Positions 62,621 to 64,000 of a DNA stretch of 64,000 nucleotides are shown here, piece by piece; positions within the stretch are counted from its first letter, which is position 1, and the number at the start of each line of letters is the position of its first letter. The position numbers and the translations under genes were made by a program. Under the pieces are notes generated by a model. That model was not told the DNA's origin. It did not search any database and saw only the letters and a program-made list of their open reading frames with translations. The DNA lies in the NCBI GenBank assembly GCA_026770705.1, contig JANJGN010000007.1:96968001-97032000 (forward strand). The letters are read 5' to 3'. Source of the stretch: Isurus oxyrinchus. Lineage: Eukaryota.

Positions 62621-62929
62621 TTCCACCCGTGCCTCTGAAAATCAACTCTCAGCCATAAGAAAATGATGCCCCTTCGTTTGTTACTTATCTTTTCATGGCA
62701 TCTCCCTTTTTCCCCCCCGAAGAATGCCAGTTTCACGTGTTATAAGGATGCCACCAAAACAGGAAAAGTGATACTTATAATTTCTCACCCACTAACCAAT
62801 GGATGATATGAAGATTCTAGAGGCTTTCAAGGTATCCAGGCTATCTAGACACAACTACTTATACCTGCATGGCAACTCACAATACTCTCCAAATTGCAGT
62901 TATGTTCACTCATATTGCCTCCTCTCCAA
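62621..62929 (+). pseudogene. IgSF C1-set exon 2, disabled
   Basis: ag|(V)PPVPLKINSQP*..KNASFTCYKDATK..NG*YEDS..TYTCMATHNTLQ..|gtaag. Stops and frameshifts. Confidence 0.8.
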
Positions 62930-64000
62930 GTAAGACTTCTGATATAATAATAGAACCTTAAAGGACAATTGGTCGGACATACCGGTGCATTTAATTGAAA
63001 TAGGTGCCTAATTTAGTCCCTCACCACAGCTTGTTACTTATAACTCGACAAATTGTTCTTCTTGAAGCAAATGTTCAACGCTCTTTAATCAATTTTATTC
63101 CTTATCTTCTCCCAGTTGGAAACTTTCTGGATCATCCCAACCCTGCATGAGAACATGTATCTCCAATTTTTCCAATGCATTCCTTTACCAGTGTATTCGA
63201 CTGCTGGTTATGCATCAATGTATCTCTATAATCTTTTATAACCTTACTCACGCAATTAGATGTCTTCATAAATATATTTTTCCCTCTATAGGGTAGTCTC
63301 TGAATATTCCTCGTTCTACGAGAAGATCACAACCTCTCCGATCTCTCCAAGTCACAGGAATGCACATCCCTCTGAACTTCCTCGATTCCACTCCATGTCT
63401 CCTCGTCCTTGTTATACTGTGCAGCCCACAATTGGGCATAATAGTTGACAGATGCTTAGATCCTGATTTCTAAATTTTTAGGATGACTTCGTTGGTTTTG
63501 TATTTCAGATTACTATGTACAAATTCATTTCAACCAATGCGCATCCATAGACACCTTGTGTTCTTGTCCTACCATCTGTAAAATCTAATGATAATGCATA
63601 CGCAGTTTCTACTGTTTTTGCTTATACCTGAAAAAAAATATTAATTTCATTTCACTGCCTCTGTTGTTTAACCCAAAGTCTGCATTTCAAATGTATTCAC
63701 ATTAAATAATAATTACGATGCTTCCAACCATTCCATTAGTCTATTTGTGTCATCCTGAAATCCAAGACGGTCTACAAAACCTGAATCATCCATTGTTTCT
63801 ATCATGAAGGATCTTTGGAACTGCAGTCACGATATTCCAGCCAAATTCCTTGTCGCATATCCAATAAAGCATTAGTCATCACATTGATTCCTGGGGGATT
63901 CCCAGTGATTATGAGTGTCCTGTTTAAAAAAGAAACATTTGTGGATCACAACTTTTTGTCTCCTTGATTATAGCTATTCACCTGCAGAAGGTGCCTTATT

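Noticed and set aside
1-64000. CRISPR arrays, operons, rRNA or intact tRNA genes
   Set aside because: Eukaryotic repeat-rich DNA with no regularly spaced repeats; the tRNA-like sequences are degenerate SINE/LINE heads.

Overview
Repeat-dense vertebrate genomic DNA, most likely from a cartilaginous fish (inferred from the repeat families and the GPR139-like GPCR type). Most of the window is decayed mobile DNA: many CR1 LINEs, an L2 fragment, a tRNA-headed CR1/L2-group LINE with related SINEs, Penelope-derived pieces, Harbinger remnants and LTR-like segments. The main non-background features are: (1) a tandemly duplicated immunoglobulin-superfamily gene cluster with leader-V(J-like)-C1-C1 architecture. 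The copy at 59.6-62.9 kb has intact leader and V exons but dead C1 exons, the copy at 15.4-19.8 kb is fully decayed, and the 3' flank of a probable third copy lies at 9.1-11.9 kb. (2) Two related endogenous retroviruses in opposite orientation (38.1-43.2 kb on +, 52.6-58.6 kb on -). They share one internal structure (no recognisable RT, only the C-terminal half of integrase, then env), and their env has a short N-terminal and long membrane-anchored subunit, resembling an F-type fusion protein (lokiretrovirus-like). (3) A GPR139/142-like GPCR pseudogene. (4) A 225-bp palindromic Penelope-type insertion with a 13-bp TSD and hammerhead-like cores. (5) A tentative decayed V gene segment followed by a 12-spacer RSS. 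All family calls come from motif recognition by eye; no database search was run, and most element boundaries are approximate.
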